A stretch of 63,754 bases of DNA, filler included, from Octopus bimaculoides (taxonomy: Eukaryota): assembly GCF_001194135.2 (NCBI RefSeq). It is 4 parts of 3 records of this genome, joined end to end, with 100 filler letters (N's around TTAATTAATTAA, not from the genome) between each part and the next. Parts side by side here need not be neighbours in the genome. Positions count along the whole stretch, not along the records: positions 1 to 28,885 come from NC_069001.1; positions 28,986 to 41,800 come from NC_069005.1; 2 more parts are not named here. One strand, 5' to 3'. The notes under the pieces were generated by a model. It searched no databases and was not told the origin of the DNA. It saw nothing but the letters and a program-made list of their open reading frames with translations. The position numbers and the translations under genes were made by a program. Shown one piece after another: positions 26,327 to 39,169 of this stretch. Within the stretch, counting starts at the first letter, position 1; every line of letters begins with the position of its first letter.

Positions 26327-27454
26327 TAAAGATACAAACGTTGCTGAGTTCGAATGCAAGGAGGATGCGTGGTGGTGACTTAACGTCACGCGCTTGCAAG
26401 TTTTGAAAACTTCTTCATAACCATTCAATCCTATTCGATTTGATCAAAGTATTTTTACAGTTATATCTAGGCCTTGATCTTCATAAACGCCCAAATGGAT
26501 GCCAGTCTCAAGTAAGCTAAAATTATACCTTCTTTGGGCAATATTTGGTTAGGTATTGGCATTGCACATGAAAACGGATGCATTATTAATGTCACTGCTA
26601 ACACCTAAAATGTCAAAAGATGGACGACGAATAACAAAAATTACTAAATAAGTGACTTTGAAAGATATGAACAAGAATTCATGCCATATTTGTTAAACAG
26701 TATAGAAGTACCATGTTGTCAACGAAGCTATTTTATGCCGAAAGCAAAATTCTGCGAGTAAAATTAAAATGAGAACTGTGATCGACACATTTCCGTCAAT
26801 ATCTGAATATCATTGCAAACATGTTTCTATCGCCCAAGCATTTGATCATACCAGTTAAAAAGAATATTTAAAGCTAACGACGTTGCTTCTAATAACAAGC
26901 AACAAAGGGAACATCTCATCAGAAATCAATTTTATAAATGAAACGCACCTCAGTGATATTGGCTTTAATTCTTTGATGGATCGTCGTATGGCATTTGATG
27001 TTTCTGTAAGAGAGACATTTTATTTTTGTATGCTTGATATTGTAAAACATTCTGATAGAAAAAAAAAGAAAAGGAGCAGAAAAACACCGCTGACTAGCAT
27101 GTAATATAACAGATTTGTAAAATTTAGCAAATTTTATTGATAATCGCCGTAGCGGCTTCGAATGAGAGCATATTTTATTTATAGAAAAAAAATTGAAACA
27201 TCTTGCTTAAGAATGGCACAGGAAAAGATTACATTCTTTCATATCACGAAAAATAAGCTGACAAAACGTATGTGATAGGTCAAATCTAGCCGAATGATGC
27301 AGTTTTATAATTATGGGTGTTTTTCTCTCTTAGAATGGATATCATGTTTTTGATATTTCAGTATGTGCACACAGACACATGCACACATACATGTATGTAA
27401 ATAACTACAGAAACATACACACATATATATATAAAGTTTCACACACAAAAATTA

Positions 27455-27519
<65 letters not shown>

Positions 27520-28477
27520 CAAATAAATAAATATATATATATAGTTATATATATATATATACATATACAAATAAATATATATAGCTATAATTGTACACAT
27601 ATATGTATATACGTACGCACGCACACCCACGGGCACATACGCACCCCTCACACAAACATGTGTGCTCGTATGCACATCAGAGTTTATGTATTTTTGGTTT
27701 GTAGCATGTGTTTGTTATAAATATTAAACATTTTCTTATAATAAATGAAAGAGTTAACGGCTCGGCTGTGTCGTATCATCTCATGACTGTTTAAGATAGA
27801 TATTTAATGTTAATTAGTATTTATGCACGAAAATTTAGAAGTAAGTGTACATAATCAGATATTTTGGCTTCCTCCGCAGCATGTTAATAATGCGATTTTA
27901 TAATTTTTTTATTAGTCTTATCATTTTGCATGTTAATATTAATACTAAAAGGTTCCCATGGTGACTATGATTATATATTGACGCATATGCATGTCTATGC
28001 AAGTATGTTTATATGTATGCATGTATGTAATTATGATATACAATCAAATACATTACAGTTATATGAGTCGATACTCTATCTTACTTCGTGTTAGCAGTGC
28101 AATATTCTCACTTTGAAGTTTGATTTTATAGATTTTTTTTATAGAATTCAGACCTGGCACTGCAATTTATCATCTTTAGTAAACAAATATGATTATGGAA
28201 ACAATACGATCGAAAACAAAAAATACCGGTCTTGAGAGTGTACGCGTATTTCAAAAGTTAATGCTCTGATGTTTCCCATAAGTGCTTTCTACCGTTCTAT
28301 AGCATTCGACCTTTAACTGGCTTCTTACATTTCACTTCCACTAAATATATCTTTTTCCATGACTTTAACCTTCATTCCTGTTCAGCTATGGCACTATATT
28401 TCCCCACTTTTAATTTTCTGCTAATTTCTTTCTTCTTCTACAAATATATACGTAACTTATTTTGGCGAGTGTGTAGC

Positions 28478-28860
28478 TGCAGGAGTGACAGTGTGGTAAA
28501 TACCATGCTTACCAATCACATGGTCACGGGTTCAGTCTCACAGCGTGGAACCTTGGTCAAGTGTCTTCTCCTATAGCCTTGGACCGACCAAAGCCTTGTG
28601 AGTGGATTTGGTAGACGGGAACTGAAAGAAGCTCGTCGAATATATGCATATGTATGTGTTTGTATGTCTGTGTTTGTCCCCCACCATCGCTTGACTTCCG
28701 ATGTTGGTGTGTTTTTGTCCCTGTAACATAGTGGTTCTTCAAAAGACACGGATAGAATAAGTACAAGGTTTACAAAGAATAAGTCCTAAGGTGGATTTGT
28801 TCGACTAAAGGCGGTGCACCAGCATGGCCGCAGCCAAATAACTGAAACAAACAAAAGAAT
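28478..28860 (+). mobile_element. Near full-length CORE-type tRNA-SINE
   Basis: Head aggagtgacagtgtggtaaa...gggttcagtctc, CORE ggaaccttggtcaagtgtcttct; colinear with 53363-53790. Confidence 0.9.
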
Positions 28861-29159
28861 ACATATATATATATATATATATATANNNNNNNNNNNNNNN
28901 NNNNNNNNNNNNNNNNNNNNNNNNNNNNNTTAATTAATTAANNNNNNNNNNNNNNNNNNNNNNNNNNNNNNNNNNNNNNNNNNNNTATATATATATGTAT
29001 ATATATATATATATATGTATATATATGTATATATATGTATATATATGTATATATATGTATATATATGTATATATATATGTATATATATATATATATATGT
29101 ATATATATACATAAATATACACACACACATACACACAAATATATTCAATGGGCTTCTTT

Positions 29160-29440
29160 CAGTTTCTGTTAAGAGATGAGGAATTATGTACATTTGACGG
29201 ATATTTGTCCTCATCTTGTTTCTTGTTAACACGACATTTCGGCTGGTATACCCTCCAGCCTTCATCAGGTGTCTTGGAGAAATTTCGAACCTGGGTTCTC
29301 ATTCCTAAGGTATTTTTCGATATTGTTATTATTATTATAATTATCATTATTATTATTATTATTCAGGTCACTGCCTGGAATCGAACTCGGAATCTTGGGG
29401 TTAGTAGCCCGTGCTCTTAACCACTATGCCATGTGCCCAT
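29160..29440 (-). mobile_element. tRNA-headed SINE with 3' hammerhead motif (minus copy)
   Basis: Minus strand: ggcatagtggttaagagc (A-box region), gagttcgattcc (B box), (AAT)n, then gacacCTGATGAaggctggagggtataccagccGAAAtgtcgtgtt. Confidence 0.85.
29228..29273 (-). ncRNA. Putative minimal type I hammerhead ribozyme
   Basis: Stem I gacac/gtgtt, core CUGAUGA, one extra A, 6-bp stem II ggctgg/ccagcc, GAAA, loopless stem III, GUC triplet. Folded by eye; activity untested. Confidence 0.7.
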
Positions 29441-29733
29441 GGGCATAGTGGTTAAGTATGAGCCTAGTGGTTAAGAGCACAGGCTACTAACCCCAAGATT
29501 CCGAGTTTGATTCTAGGCAGCGACCTGATTAATAATAATAATAATAATAACAACAACAACATCGAAAAATACCTGAGGAATGAGAACCCAGGTTCGAAAT
29601 TTCCTCAAGACACCTGATGAAGTCTGGAGGGTATATCAGCCGAAACGTTGTGTTAACAACAAACAAAATGAGGACAAATATCTGTCAAATGTAAATAATG
29701 TACATAATTCCTCATCTCTTAAATATGGAACTG
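29441..29733 (+). mobile_element. tRNA-headed SINE with 3' hammerhead motif (plus copy)
   Basis: Reverse-complement match to 29160-29440, with a duplicated tagtggttaag in the head. Confidence 0.85.
29609..29654 (+). ncRNA. Putative minimal type I hammerhead ribozyme (one stem II mismatch)
   Basis: gacac CTGATGA (29614-29620) a gtctgg..tcagcc GAAACGTT gtgtt; palindromic ACGT stem III. Confidence 0.6.
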
Positions 29734-30527
29734 TATTGTAGGATTATGTGATCATTCACAAATATGATATATATGACATTTGTTAGTTCTTTCATGGATT
29801 AGAGTGTTGGACAGACCACTGCTTGGTGTGAGCAAACTTCCAGTTGGTAATTAGAGTGAAGAATAGAATATGACCAACTGGAATTCCTCAGCACCTGAGG
29901 AATTTGTCCGGTAGACAAACATTTTCTGAAAATTCAAAAACTAAAAAAGTTAGGAGGAGGGCAGGGTTATACGGGGTACTTAAACCAGAATTCTGCCAAG
30001 GAAACATATAACATACAGTAGCAAAATCCAAATGGAAGCTGCAAATTAATAGGTATGAGGAATTATATCCTACATAGCTGTAAAGCAATTATCACAAGGG
30101 GATATCACTGTATAACTCAGGGTGCTCAACTTATGCAATGGTATCATGAGGATGTACAATACACCACAGCATGCAGCAATAGTGCATGGTATTATTGGTA
30201 TCTTGGATACCTAGCATTGGTAAGATCAAATCTTTCCATAGGATAAACTTATGATCGCCTGCTGTACTCTGTCAAGAGTTGACTCGCTCTAGACATCATA
30301 TCTTCAAGTTAAAGATGCTGGCCCAGTAGCTCGCTGATGATATATTGTTTTATCAGTTTCAGCTCAAAGCCATGGCTATGCTGGGGCACCACAGTTATAT
30401 TGTCAAATGGGCAGTAGATTTAATTAACTTTGACCGTTAAATATAATATTGATTACAAATTTAATTAGCTTTGACCGTTAAATATAATATGGATTACAAA
30501 TTTTGGAACGGTGCCAGCAGGTTTGAG

Positions 30528-30672
30528 GAGAGGGTTAGGTTGATTACATTGACCCCAGAGTTCAACTATTTATTTTTATCGACCCCCAAAAAGTTGAAAG
30601 GCAAAGTCAACCTGGGCAGAATTTGAACTCAGAACGTAAAGATATGTCACCAATTCTGCTAGCTCACCACCT
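30528..30672 (-). mobile_element. Meta/MESC-like tRNA-SINE, degenerate
   Basis: Reverse complement of gagctagcagaatt...gttcaaattctgcccaggttgactttgcctttcaac...ggggtcgataaa; matches the 41515 family. Confidence 0.75.
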
Positions 30673-32399
30673 TTGATAATTCTATAATGTTGAACACATT
30701 GTTAATTATGCTGATAAAATTTTTAAATTATTCAAGTAAGATACAGACATTGTAAGAGGCTTATAGTATCCCTGCATTATTAATGCTAAATGCAAACTGC
30801 ATAAGAGGCTATAATATGCATTATTTAAGCTAGGGTCAGATTATATGAGAGCGTTATGATAGCCCTGAATTACACTGTTTAACATGATTTTTGTCCTTGG
30901 GTGGCAACTGTTATTTCCTATTTGCTTACCCCTAGAAAGTATGAGAAATGGCTAATATTTCCTTCAAACTTTGCTTTTCTTACATTTATCCAAACCCCAA
31001 AGTATCTCTTTCAACACATGGCTAAGATGTTCCTCCACTACTCCTGCTCATCATCACAGATTCACATATTGTCAGCCACTAATGGACATGCTCAAGTGGT
31101 TACGAGTTAAGCAACTGACAAGCAAATCTGTGGTATTGAACAGAATATTTGCTATAATGATATTTCTGCTTCAGCAATTCACCACTGAATCTGTCTGAAA
31201 TGTAATGGAAAATAAGTAAGTTTCGAAGCATTGATGTCTGGGTCACAAAAGCAAAGTTTGAAGGGAATAGTAGTCATTTCCTTTGATTTTTAAATAGAAG
31301 CAAATACGAAAAAAAAAAGACACTTACAGACCAAAGACAAAAGAGTAAAAATTTTGTTACACTGTGTTATTAAATGCTAGGTTTAGATAATGTAAAAGAG
31401 CTATGACAACCTTGTATTATAAAAGCTAAGTAAAGATCATGTAAGATGGTTCTGGTAATTCTGCATTATTGCAGCAGAACCTAACCCTTTAGCATTCAAA
31501 TTACTCTCTCAAATGTAATGCTTATCCATTCACACTGTTTTTAAATTAATCATGCATTATCTGACAGCTTTTGACATTTCAATGATGTGATTGCTTATTT
31601 TTGGGGTGACATTGTAAAATAGGTGTGTGAGGTTGGATCTGGCCAGTTTAAACATGAAATGTGCAGAATATGTGAGTTGGATATAACCAGTTTAAACTGG
31701 AACTGATGCTGGATATTTGTCACACAGGAGCAAAACTGCAGCAACTAAACAAGAGAAGGTTTTATCACAAAAATAACCAATTCTGCATCCCTTGCTATCG
31801 CACACACAACTGCACATGTTCAAACGAGTATGATCATGGCTGACTAAATTGTATGAGTCATAGCATTACATGTTCTGAGAATGGCATTGCCTCCTGAATC
31901 CTGCCAGTGACTCACAAAACTTGTTGCAGATTCAACAGATCTACAAAGCCTTCTGACTTCTTGGTTGTTCTGGATCATTCTGACGATTTTGTCTGTGTCT
32001 AGATAAACTTGAGTGACTACCTATAGTCTGTGGCCATCACCATAGACAGCTGGCTCTATGTATGACAATCCAGGCATTGGTTGGTACATTACTACAGTTT
32101 TGTCAAGGAAGACGGTGAAGCCAAAGGCTATCCAACAGGCTTTGCATTCCCTGTGTAGTATATGACACAAGATCACAATCATCAGCATACAAGAGGTCAC
32201 ACACAAAACACTGGAGAATCTTTTGTCTTTGCTGCAAAATGCCAAATGTTGAAAACTCAATCTGATGTTTGACATCGTATATTCAGACAAACAAAAATAC
32301 ATACACATACATACATATACACATACATAAGTACACACACATACATACATACATACATATACACGTACATAAATACACACACACACACATACATACATA

Positions 32400-32456
32400 T
32401 CATCATCATCATCATCATTTAACGTCTGCTTTCCATGCTAGCATGGGTTGGACAAC
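32400..32456 (-). mobile_element. Short LINE 3' tail, probably RTE-type, ending in (TGA)n
   Basis: Minus strand gtccaacccatgctagcatggaaagcagacgttaaatgatgatgatg; assignment from tail style only. Confidence 0.45.
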
Positions 32457-33004
32457 AATGCACTATAATAACTGATGTAATTTAATCACCATCCGTAGTC
32501 TGATATGATATTTCAGAATATAAGCCGTTGGAAAACTGATTATAGCAGTGACTCCATCAATTCCTAGGGATGTTTGAAGAAGGAATTCTACATTCCGAAA
32601 TATCATCAGACTATGGACAATGATTTAATTACAACAGTTATTATAGTCCACTGTTGTTGTTATAGTGCATTGTTGTACTATTCAAAACACTTAATTCTTT
32701 ACTTTATAAGCTCTCTGTTAGTACACCAGGCTAACAATATTGTTTAGATTACTAAAGAATCCTGTGTATTCTTGTGGCAGGGGCCAAGGTCATTGTTCAT
32801 CATTCTGTACTGAGATTTCATGGTTGTGTTCCAGTTATACTGGAAAAAAACCTTGTATAAACACACACACACACACATTTACGGTAGGACATAAATTGTG
32901 ACTATTGCACAAGCTTGCTCACACATACATTTATCCCTAGGGCTAAATAACAGTAGCATCCTTCCCTTTTATGGGACTGTCACATTAAGTTGACAACAAA
33001 CTAT

Positions 33005-33160
33005 CATGTTTCTTTCAGTTTCCATCTACCAAATCCATTCACAAGGTTTTGGTCAGCCCGAGGCTATTGTAGAAAACACTTGCCCAAGGTGCCATGCAGT
33101 GGGACTGAACAAGTAACCATGTGGTTAGGAAGCAAACTTCTAACCGCACAGCTACACCTG
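33005..33160 (-). mobile_element. 5' half of CORE-type SINE
   Basis: Contains cacttgcccaaggtgcca (reverse complement of the CORE) and ttctttcagtttccatctaccaaatcc. Confidence 0.85.
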
Positions 33161-33599
33161 TTATATGCATATATTTATATTTATTTATAATGTGTGTGTG
33201 TATACATATATTTATATATATATGTATATATCCATACACTTGTACACACACACACACATTAGCAGAAGGATTTCCAACCTATCTTCAAATTAGGAGATCT
33301 TAGACGGGCTGGTTCTATACTATATCAAGGCCTTGGCTGCTACTGGTTTCAAAGATAGCATATTAGATATATAGTTGCCCTTAGCCCCACTTAGAGAGTG
33401 AAAACCACATGATGTTGTAATGCCATATGGTTTGTACTCCTATTTTCTCTTAATGTCTAAACTTATGTACTTAGAATCTACAATATATAAGCATTTTCCA
33501 CAGGAAAATTTTCAACTGGCATTCTTTGAAGATCTCCTTTAGCTGCACATGGAACATAAAACAAATTTTAGTAAAGAGGGCTCGTACCATTCACAGAGG

Positions 33600-34060
33600 G
33601 CAGCTGCTCATAGAGAGGTAATGCCACATGCCCACTAAACAGTCAGTGCTATACAGAAGCTGTTATATATGAGGTGGTGGTAGTATTGAAGACCCCAGTG
33701 GGGAAACATATGTACAGAGATATGTGGGTGCAATGGAAGGCCTCTTCAAGGCTAGACTCAGCAATCATGTGTCCCACTTTAAAATCCAGAAGAGATGTAA
33801 TATCATGACATTAGTGGAGACACATATATAGCTATAAACAGAAAGTGCTGCACAATATAGCATCTCCTTTTAATAACTGGAAGAGTGCAGATCTTAACTC
33901 AATGGCAGGAGGAGGTGCAAACTTTATTTAGCTGAGAAAAGAATCACATTGAAGAATTCCCTCCACCCAGGTAAACCCTTGGATGAAAAAAATTTTACAA
34001 GTGAGAAAATTTTTCGCTTATCCTCACAAACGGAAATATATCTTAGTGAACAAATCAGTT
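33600..34060 (+). mobile_element. Penelope-like element GIY-YIG endonuclease relic
   Basis: CPLNSQCYTEAVIYE ... RYVGAMEGLFKARLSNH ... NGRRRCKLYLAEKRI ... PHKRKY fits the CPLxGxC-IY...YIG...FKxRxxNH...RCxLCxxEK layout. Confidence 0.75.
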
Positions 34061-34661
34061 CTACACTAACAGTATTAGTACTTTTCTCAACATAAATAAG
34101 GATTTTATTTCACCACACCCAGCACTTACACATACATGTGACCACACATGCCTTTTGAAAAACCCCTTCCCACCTCTCTTTCCTCAATTTATATTGCTTT
34201 TCCTCTCTCTTACCTCCTCTTCATCACACAATCATATGCAAAAAACTGGAGTGGACAATGGCCACTTGATTGCTGGCAGGCATTCTAAATGTTGGCTAAG
34301 AGACCATTCGAAGGGACGTAACTCTGATGGGCTTAAGAACAAGCTTTGCTTTTGATTTTATTCTGAGTCTCAGCCATGAATTTTCTTTTTTTTTCTTCTT
34401 TTTTTTACAGCTTCTCTTATATCCATAAGCCATATGTGGTAGTTCTAGTAATAAACAGCCCAAACAACAATTTTCCATTCAGCCAAGTCCAATGACAATT
34501 GATTTAACTTTCCACACTTTGATGGTTCTTTAACATGAAACTGGTTGCTAAATTGAACTGGCTGTTATGAGACTAAATCTATACATATATCATGATTGTA
34601 GCCATCATGATTATGAGTTAGAATGCAAGGAGTCTATGTGTCTTCTGCAACTCCTTGAGCA

Positions 34662-34794
34662 TCTCTGTTGCTCACCTACCCATTGCTCATACTACTGTCA
34701 CCTATGTTCCTTAAATTCATATCTTTATCCCCCTTATTTTTGCTCCCTGCAACCATTCCTCTATTAGTCATCTCTCACCCATTCCTTTTAGCAG
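34662..34794 (+). repeat. Inverted-repeat arm 1 (about 130 bp)
   Basis: tctctgttgctcacctacccatt...attagtcatctctcacccattcctttta is the near reverse complement of 35687-35821. Confidence 0.9.
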
Positions 34795-35009
34795 TGGCAG
34801 AGACCCAGGATGTGTCAGAGACAAAAGGAATAAGAATATGTTGGCAGATAGATTGATAAGGAGTAATGACATCCAATACACAAAGGAAAAGTGGAAGGAG
34901 AGTGTACTGGACACAATGTAGTCACCTACACATATAGTCACCCAATGTAGTCACCTGCACATAAAAGTGATGATGTGGACCAGTTTGAGGGATTAGGGTC
35001 GTAGCAGCA

Positions 35010-35405
35010 AATGGAAAGTAGGTGGTTCTTGTAGTAGAGAGCTTCTTAAAAGAGTGATGGGGAGAACAATGCAAGCAGTAGCTCACCACTGAAGACCAAA
35101 TCTGGCAGCACAGGCTACAGTGGTTTGGTTGTGTCTGCAGGATGAGAACCAGAAGGTTACCACACCAACTTTTTTGGTAGCAGTGACCCATGCACTGGAG
35201 AACCCAGCACAGCACACCGAAGAAGACATGGGTCAAACAAATTGAGGATGATCTGAAGTTGCAGCTCCTTGACCAGGAACATGCTAAGGCCAGGGCCATG
35301 GATCAGAAAGCATGGAATTACATCATCACCAGAGTCTGTCATCCAACAACACCCACAGCAGTATATTGGTTGAGAGAACAGCCTCCCCTTCCAGTTGCCA
35401 ATTAA
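35010..35405 (+). mobile_element. RTE LINE ORF2 C-terminal fragment
   Basis: EDQIWQHRLQWFGCVCRM...PKKTWVKQIEDDLK...AMDQKAW. Confidence 0.75.
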
Positions 35406-35686
35406 GGATTTTACTTATTAACATAATAGGTGCAGAGGCATCCTAACTGGAAGCAGTGTATGATGAACAGAAGAGGTCGACTGCCGTCCTCAGTCACAGT
35501 TCTAAAGTATAGAACAGTGAGAATCGACATTGGGAAGAAATTACTGAGAAATGAGCATTGGGTTAGGGTGAAAGAATTCAATGTATGGCAAACAGAAGAC
35601 AACTAACAATGGGAAGAGCAAGAGTTAAGTGTATGACAAGCAGAAGAGAAAGACCTACTGGCATATGGACAGTATAATATAGTGTG

Positions 35687-35821
35687 ACTGATAAAAGGAA
35701 TGGGTGGGAGATGACTAATAGAGGAATGGTTGCAGGAAGCAAAAGTAAGAGGGATAAAAGATATGAGTGTAAGGAACACAGGTGAGAGTAGTATGAGGAA
35801 TGGGTAGGTGAGCAACAGAGA
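35687..35821 (-). repeat. Inverted-repeat arm 2 (about 130 bp)
   Basis: Partner of 34662-34794. Confidence 0.9.
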
Positions 35822-35934
35822 GGCTTGATGTGAGTGAAAAGAAATAGAGGGGGCCAGATATAGCTGTTAGAGCGGTGAGAGACTATCAAAGAGGTGAGCG
35901 ATGTTAATTATGTATGATATATACATGCATACAA

Positions 35935-35983
<49 letters not shown>

Positions 35984-36293
35984 NNNNNNNNNNNNNNNNN
36001 NNNNNNNNNNNNNNNNNNNNNNNNNNNNNNNNNNNNNNNNNNNNNNNNNNNNNNNNNNNNNNNNNNNNNNNNNNNNNNNNNNNNNNNNNNNNNNNNNNNN
36101 NNNNNNNNNNNNNNNNNNNNNNNNNNNNNNNNNNNNNNNNNNNNNNNNNNNNNNNNNNNNNNNNNNNNNNNNNNNNNNNNNNNNNNNNNNNNNNNNNNNN
36201 NNNNNNNNNNNNNNNNNNNNNNNNNNNNNNNNNNNNNNNNNNNNNNNNNNNNNNNNNNNNNNNNNNNNNNNNNNNNNNNNNNNNNNNNNNNNN

Positions 36294-37110
36294 TTCTACA
36301 GCTGGATGCCCTTCCTAACGCCAACTACTCAGAGAGTGTAGTGGGTGCTTTTACGTGTCACCCGCACGAAAACGGCCACGCTCGAAATGGTGTCTTTTAT
36401 GTGCCACCCGCACAAGCCAGTCCAGGGGCACTGGCAACGATCTCACTTGAAAATCCTACGGGAGCCAGTCAGGCGGTACTGGCAACGGCCACGCTCAAAA
36501 TGGTGCATCTCATGTGATATATATATATACAAAAATACATAATTCAAAAATCTGTTCTGCCCACACCTCTAGTCAGCATTTGTCATTTGTCATTTTCTTT
36601 GTGAGATCTAACAGCGTCATATTTTCCTTCATCACCTCATCCCAAGTCTTCCTTGGTCTCCCGCTTCCTCTGGTTTTATTTAGTTTAAGCGCATGGCACA
36701 TCTTTATACACGTGTCACCTTTATACACCTGTCACCTTTTTACACCTGAATCACATACCAATACCACCAGCCTTCTCTTTTACACACCATGCCTGATTTC
36801 TCTTAGGTTTTTCTCTCACCTCATTAATACTCTGTTGTTATACATCCAATGGAGTATGTCCATTTTAATTCTTTCTAACCTTTATAGTGTGAAACCCCAG
36901 TGTTGAATCCCCACCTCTCACACTTATGTCACATTACACTTTGCACCCAAGTATCATATAATCAGCTCTTGACTTCAAGGGTGAATCCCTTTCTTGCCAG
37001 CAGCATTAATAGCTCCCTAAACTTTCTCCAAGTTTTTGCACTGGCTGTTATGCTCTCAGAATACACAAACCTACAGATAATTAGGCCTCCCAGGTAACAG
37101 ATGTTACCTG
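36294..37110 (-). mobile_element. RTE LINE 3' fragment: ORF2 end plus putative 3' UTR with internal repeats
   Basis: Minus strand AKTWRKFRELLMLLARKGFTLEVK ... TRGSGRPRKTWDEVMKEN. 36294-36520 carries a repeated acggccacgctc(g/a)aaatggtg and runs into an N gap. Confidence 0.75.
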
Positions 37111-37699
37111 GAAATTAGATGGAGTCTATATAGAGTTTTTGCTTGTTCTCATAATAGCATAAACCGTGAACCAGGAAAATGATTACCGTATTGTAACGTG
37201 TACAAGGAACACTTTTTGTCAAAAATTCGGTTTAAAAAATATGGGATTTTCTCATATATGGATAGTATTATAATCCATTACAAAATCTTATTTTCCAAAT
37301 TTTAAGCTCCCAAAATTAGGGGCTTCCTTATATACGTTAAAATACGGTATATGTCAGTTAACAGAAATAAAATAATCGATAACTGAATGTCACATACACA
37401 CATATTTCTCACATGCCTTATGGAAAGTTTGTCTAACATAAAAATTGATAGTGTCGTTCATTCCGATGTGTACAGAACTGTTGTCATAGTTAACTGGTCG
37501 TAAGACGCAATAGCAGTTAAAAGACGGAGGGATATTTATTTGTGAAATAAGTGGTGGTGGTGGGGGAGGCATTTATTTAGAAAGTAACAACGAAATGGTA
37601 TAACGTAAAATGAATATGTAAAAAAAAGGTGGTCTTTTGTTTCAGGTAGATACATGTGCGGGATTAAAAATGAAACTAAACAATCCGGGTTCCCACTTT

Positions 37700-37890
37700 G
37701 CCATTTGACCTGCTAGAAATACCAGCTAAACCTTCTTTAAATCACATCCTACTGATGCTCCAGCGTGACCACGACCTTAACGACCGAAAATAAACTGAAG
37801 AACTACCGTCTAAAGGAAAATGGAAGGACGTTATATAATGTTGTCTTTCTGAAAAATGGAACAGACAAGGTGGTCACGACTGGAGAACCA
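37700..37890 (+). repeat. Unclassified dispersed repeat (ctgctagaaata-cagc-aaa-ct motif); related copies at about 15655, 42835-42885 (minus) and 56340-56400
   Basis: Shared motif seen at several loci; family not identified. Confidence 0.5.
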
Positions 37891-38865
37891 TAAGGGCTAC
37901 GGATTGAAAGAGTGCCGAACAAAATACCTTGTGATATTTACTTACGGTTCTTTATGCTTTGAATTCAAATCCCAACAAGATTAACTCTACTTTCCTCCTT
38001 TGTAAGAATCGGTAAAATTGAGTTCCGATCCAATATTGGTGCCGTTAAAATAGTCGACATTCCCTCCCTCCCTCCCTCTCATCAGTGGTCTTGTGCTTAT
38101 ACCAAAAATAATTATAAGTAATATTAATAATTATAAGTAACTTGCACTTTTAAGATGACTAAATAATGAGAAGTCACACTGACTTACCTCCCTTGCATTT
38201 ATTAGCAACCAAAAACTTTGTCTTTCTCTCCTAATTGTGAATATAAGCAGAAGAAGAATGTAAATGTTCCGATGGAATTGTCCGTAAGATTCCAGTGAAT
38301 ATGGGATAAAATCTGATTTGAGAAGAAGCTTAGAATAAGTGGGGGTGGAGTAGAAATATATGAATATATGGTCAGGAATCCGATATGGAGTTTCCGAAGT
38401 GTTCTCGAAGAATGAGACTAAGTTGCTCCGTTGGAGAATTGTGATAGAATGACAGAATAAAGTTCGATAAGCAGCGGGAGGAGAATGTCGAAATACACAC
38501 ACATACACCCACAGAAGCACTGATACGCACAGATATATATAAGTATATATACAGACACACACAGTGATATACGTTTAAATGATTCAGTATATAGATGTAA
38601 AAGCGTGTGTTTACATGTGGGTGGGAATGTGTTTGTGAATGAGAGAGGGGTTGGATGAAGAGGGTGGTATTTAAACTGACCAATCAGATGCCGTTAACCA
38701 CTGCACATTCTTACGTAAAAAAAACAACTGCTGTGTCTTTTATTGTTGGAAGGAAATATATCGCTAATAGATATCTACCTTTTCCCCCCTATTTCTTTGT
38801 GTCTTACCTACGTACACTGTAGTGTGTGTATGCACGCGCACACTCACACACACACACGTATATAC

Positions 38866-39169
38866 TCTTTTACTTGTTTCAGTCATTTGACTGCGGCCAT
38901 GCTGGAGCACCGCCTTTAGTCGAGCAAATCGACCCCAGGACGTATTCTTTGTAAGCCTAGTACTTATTCTATTGATCTCTTTGCCGAACCGCTAAGTTAC
39001 GGAGACGTAAACACACCAGCATCGTTTGTCAAGCGATGTTGTGGGGACAAACACAGACACACAAACACACACACACATATACATATACATATATACGACG
39101 GGCTTCTTTCAGTTTCCGTCTACCAAATCCACTCACAAGGCTTTGGTCGGCCTGAGGCTATAGTAGAAG
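38866..39169 (-). mobile_element. CORE-type SINE (3' part, truncated by N gap)
   Basis: Reverse complement of 53450-53770 with few differences. Confidence 0.9.

Noticed and set aside
26370-26400. tgacttaacgtca, a CRE-like motif after (GA)n, as a promoter candidate
   Set aside because: A single imperfect motif with no linked transcript evidence.
28930-28941. TTAATTAATTAA island inside Ns, repeated at 41845-41856 and 61647-61658
   Set aside because: Each sits between 44-N flanks, making exactly 100 bp, and has stops in all six frames. It is an artificial scaffolding linker, not biology.
29441-29520. tRNA-like folds in SINE heads as real tRNA genes
   Set aside because: No acceptor stem; they continue into SINE bodies.
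37390-37572. Minus-strand peptide with VHIGMND, resembling the lectin WIGLND motif
   Set aside because: No downstream W...W spacing and no convincing splice sites; likely chance.
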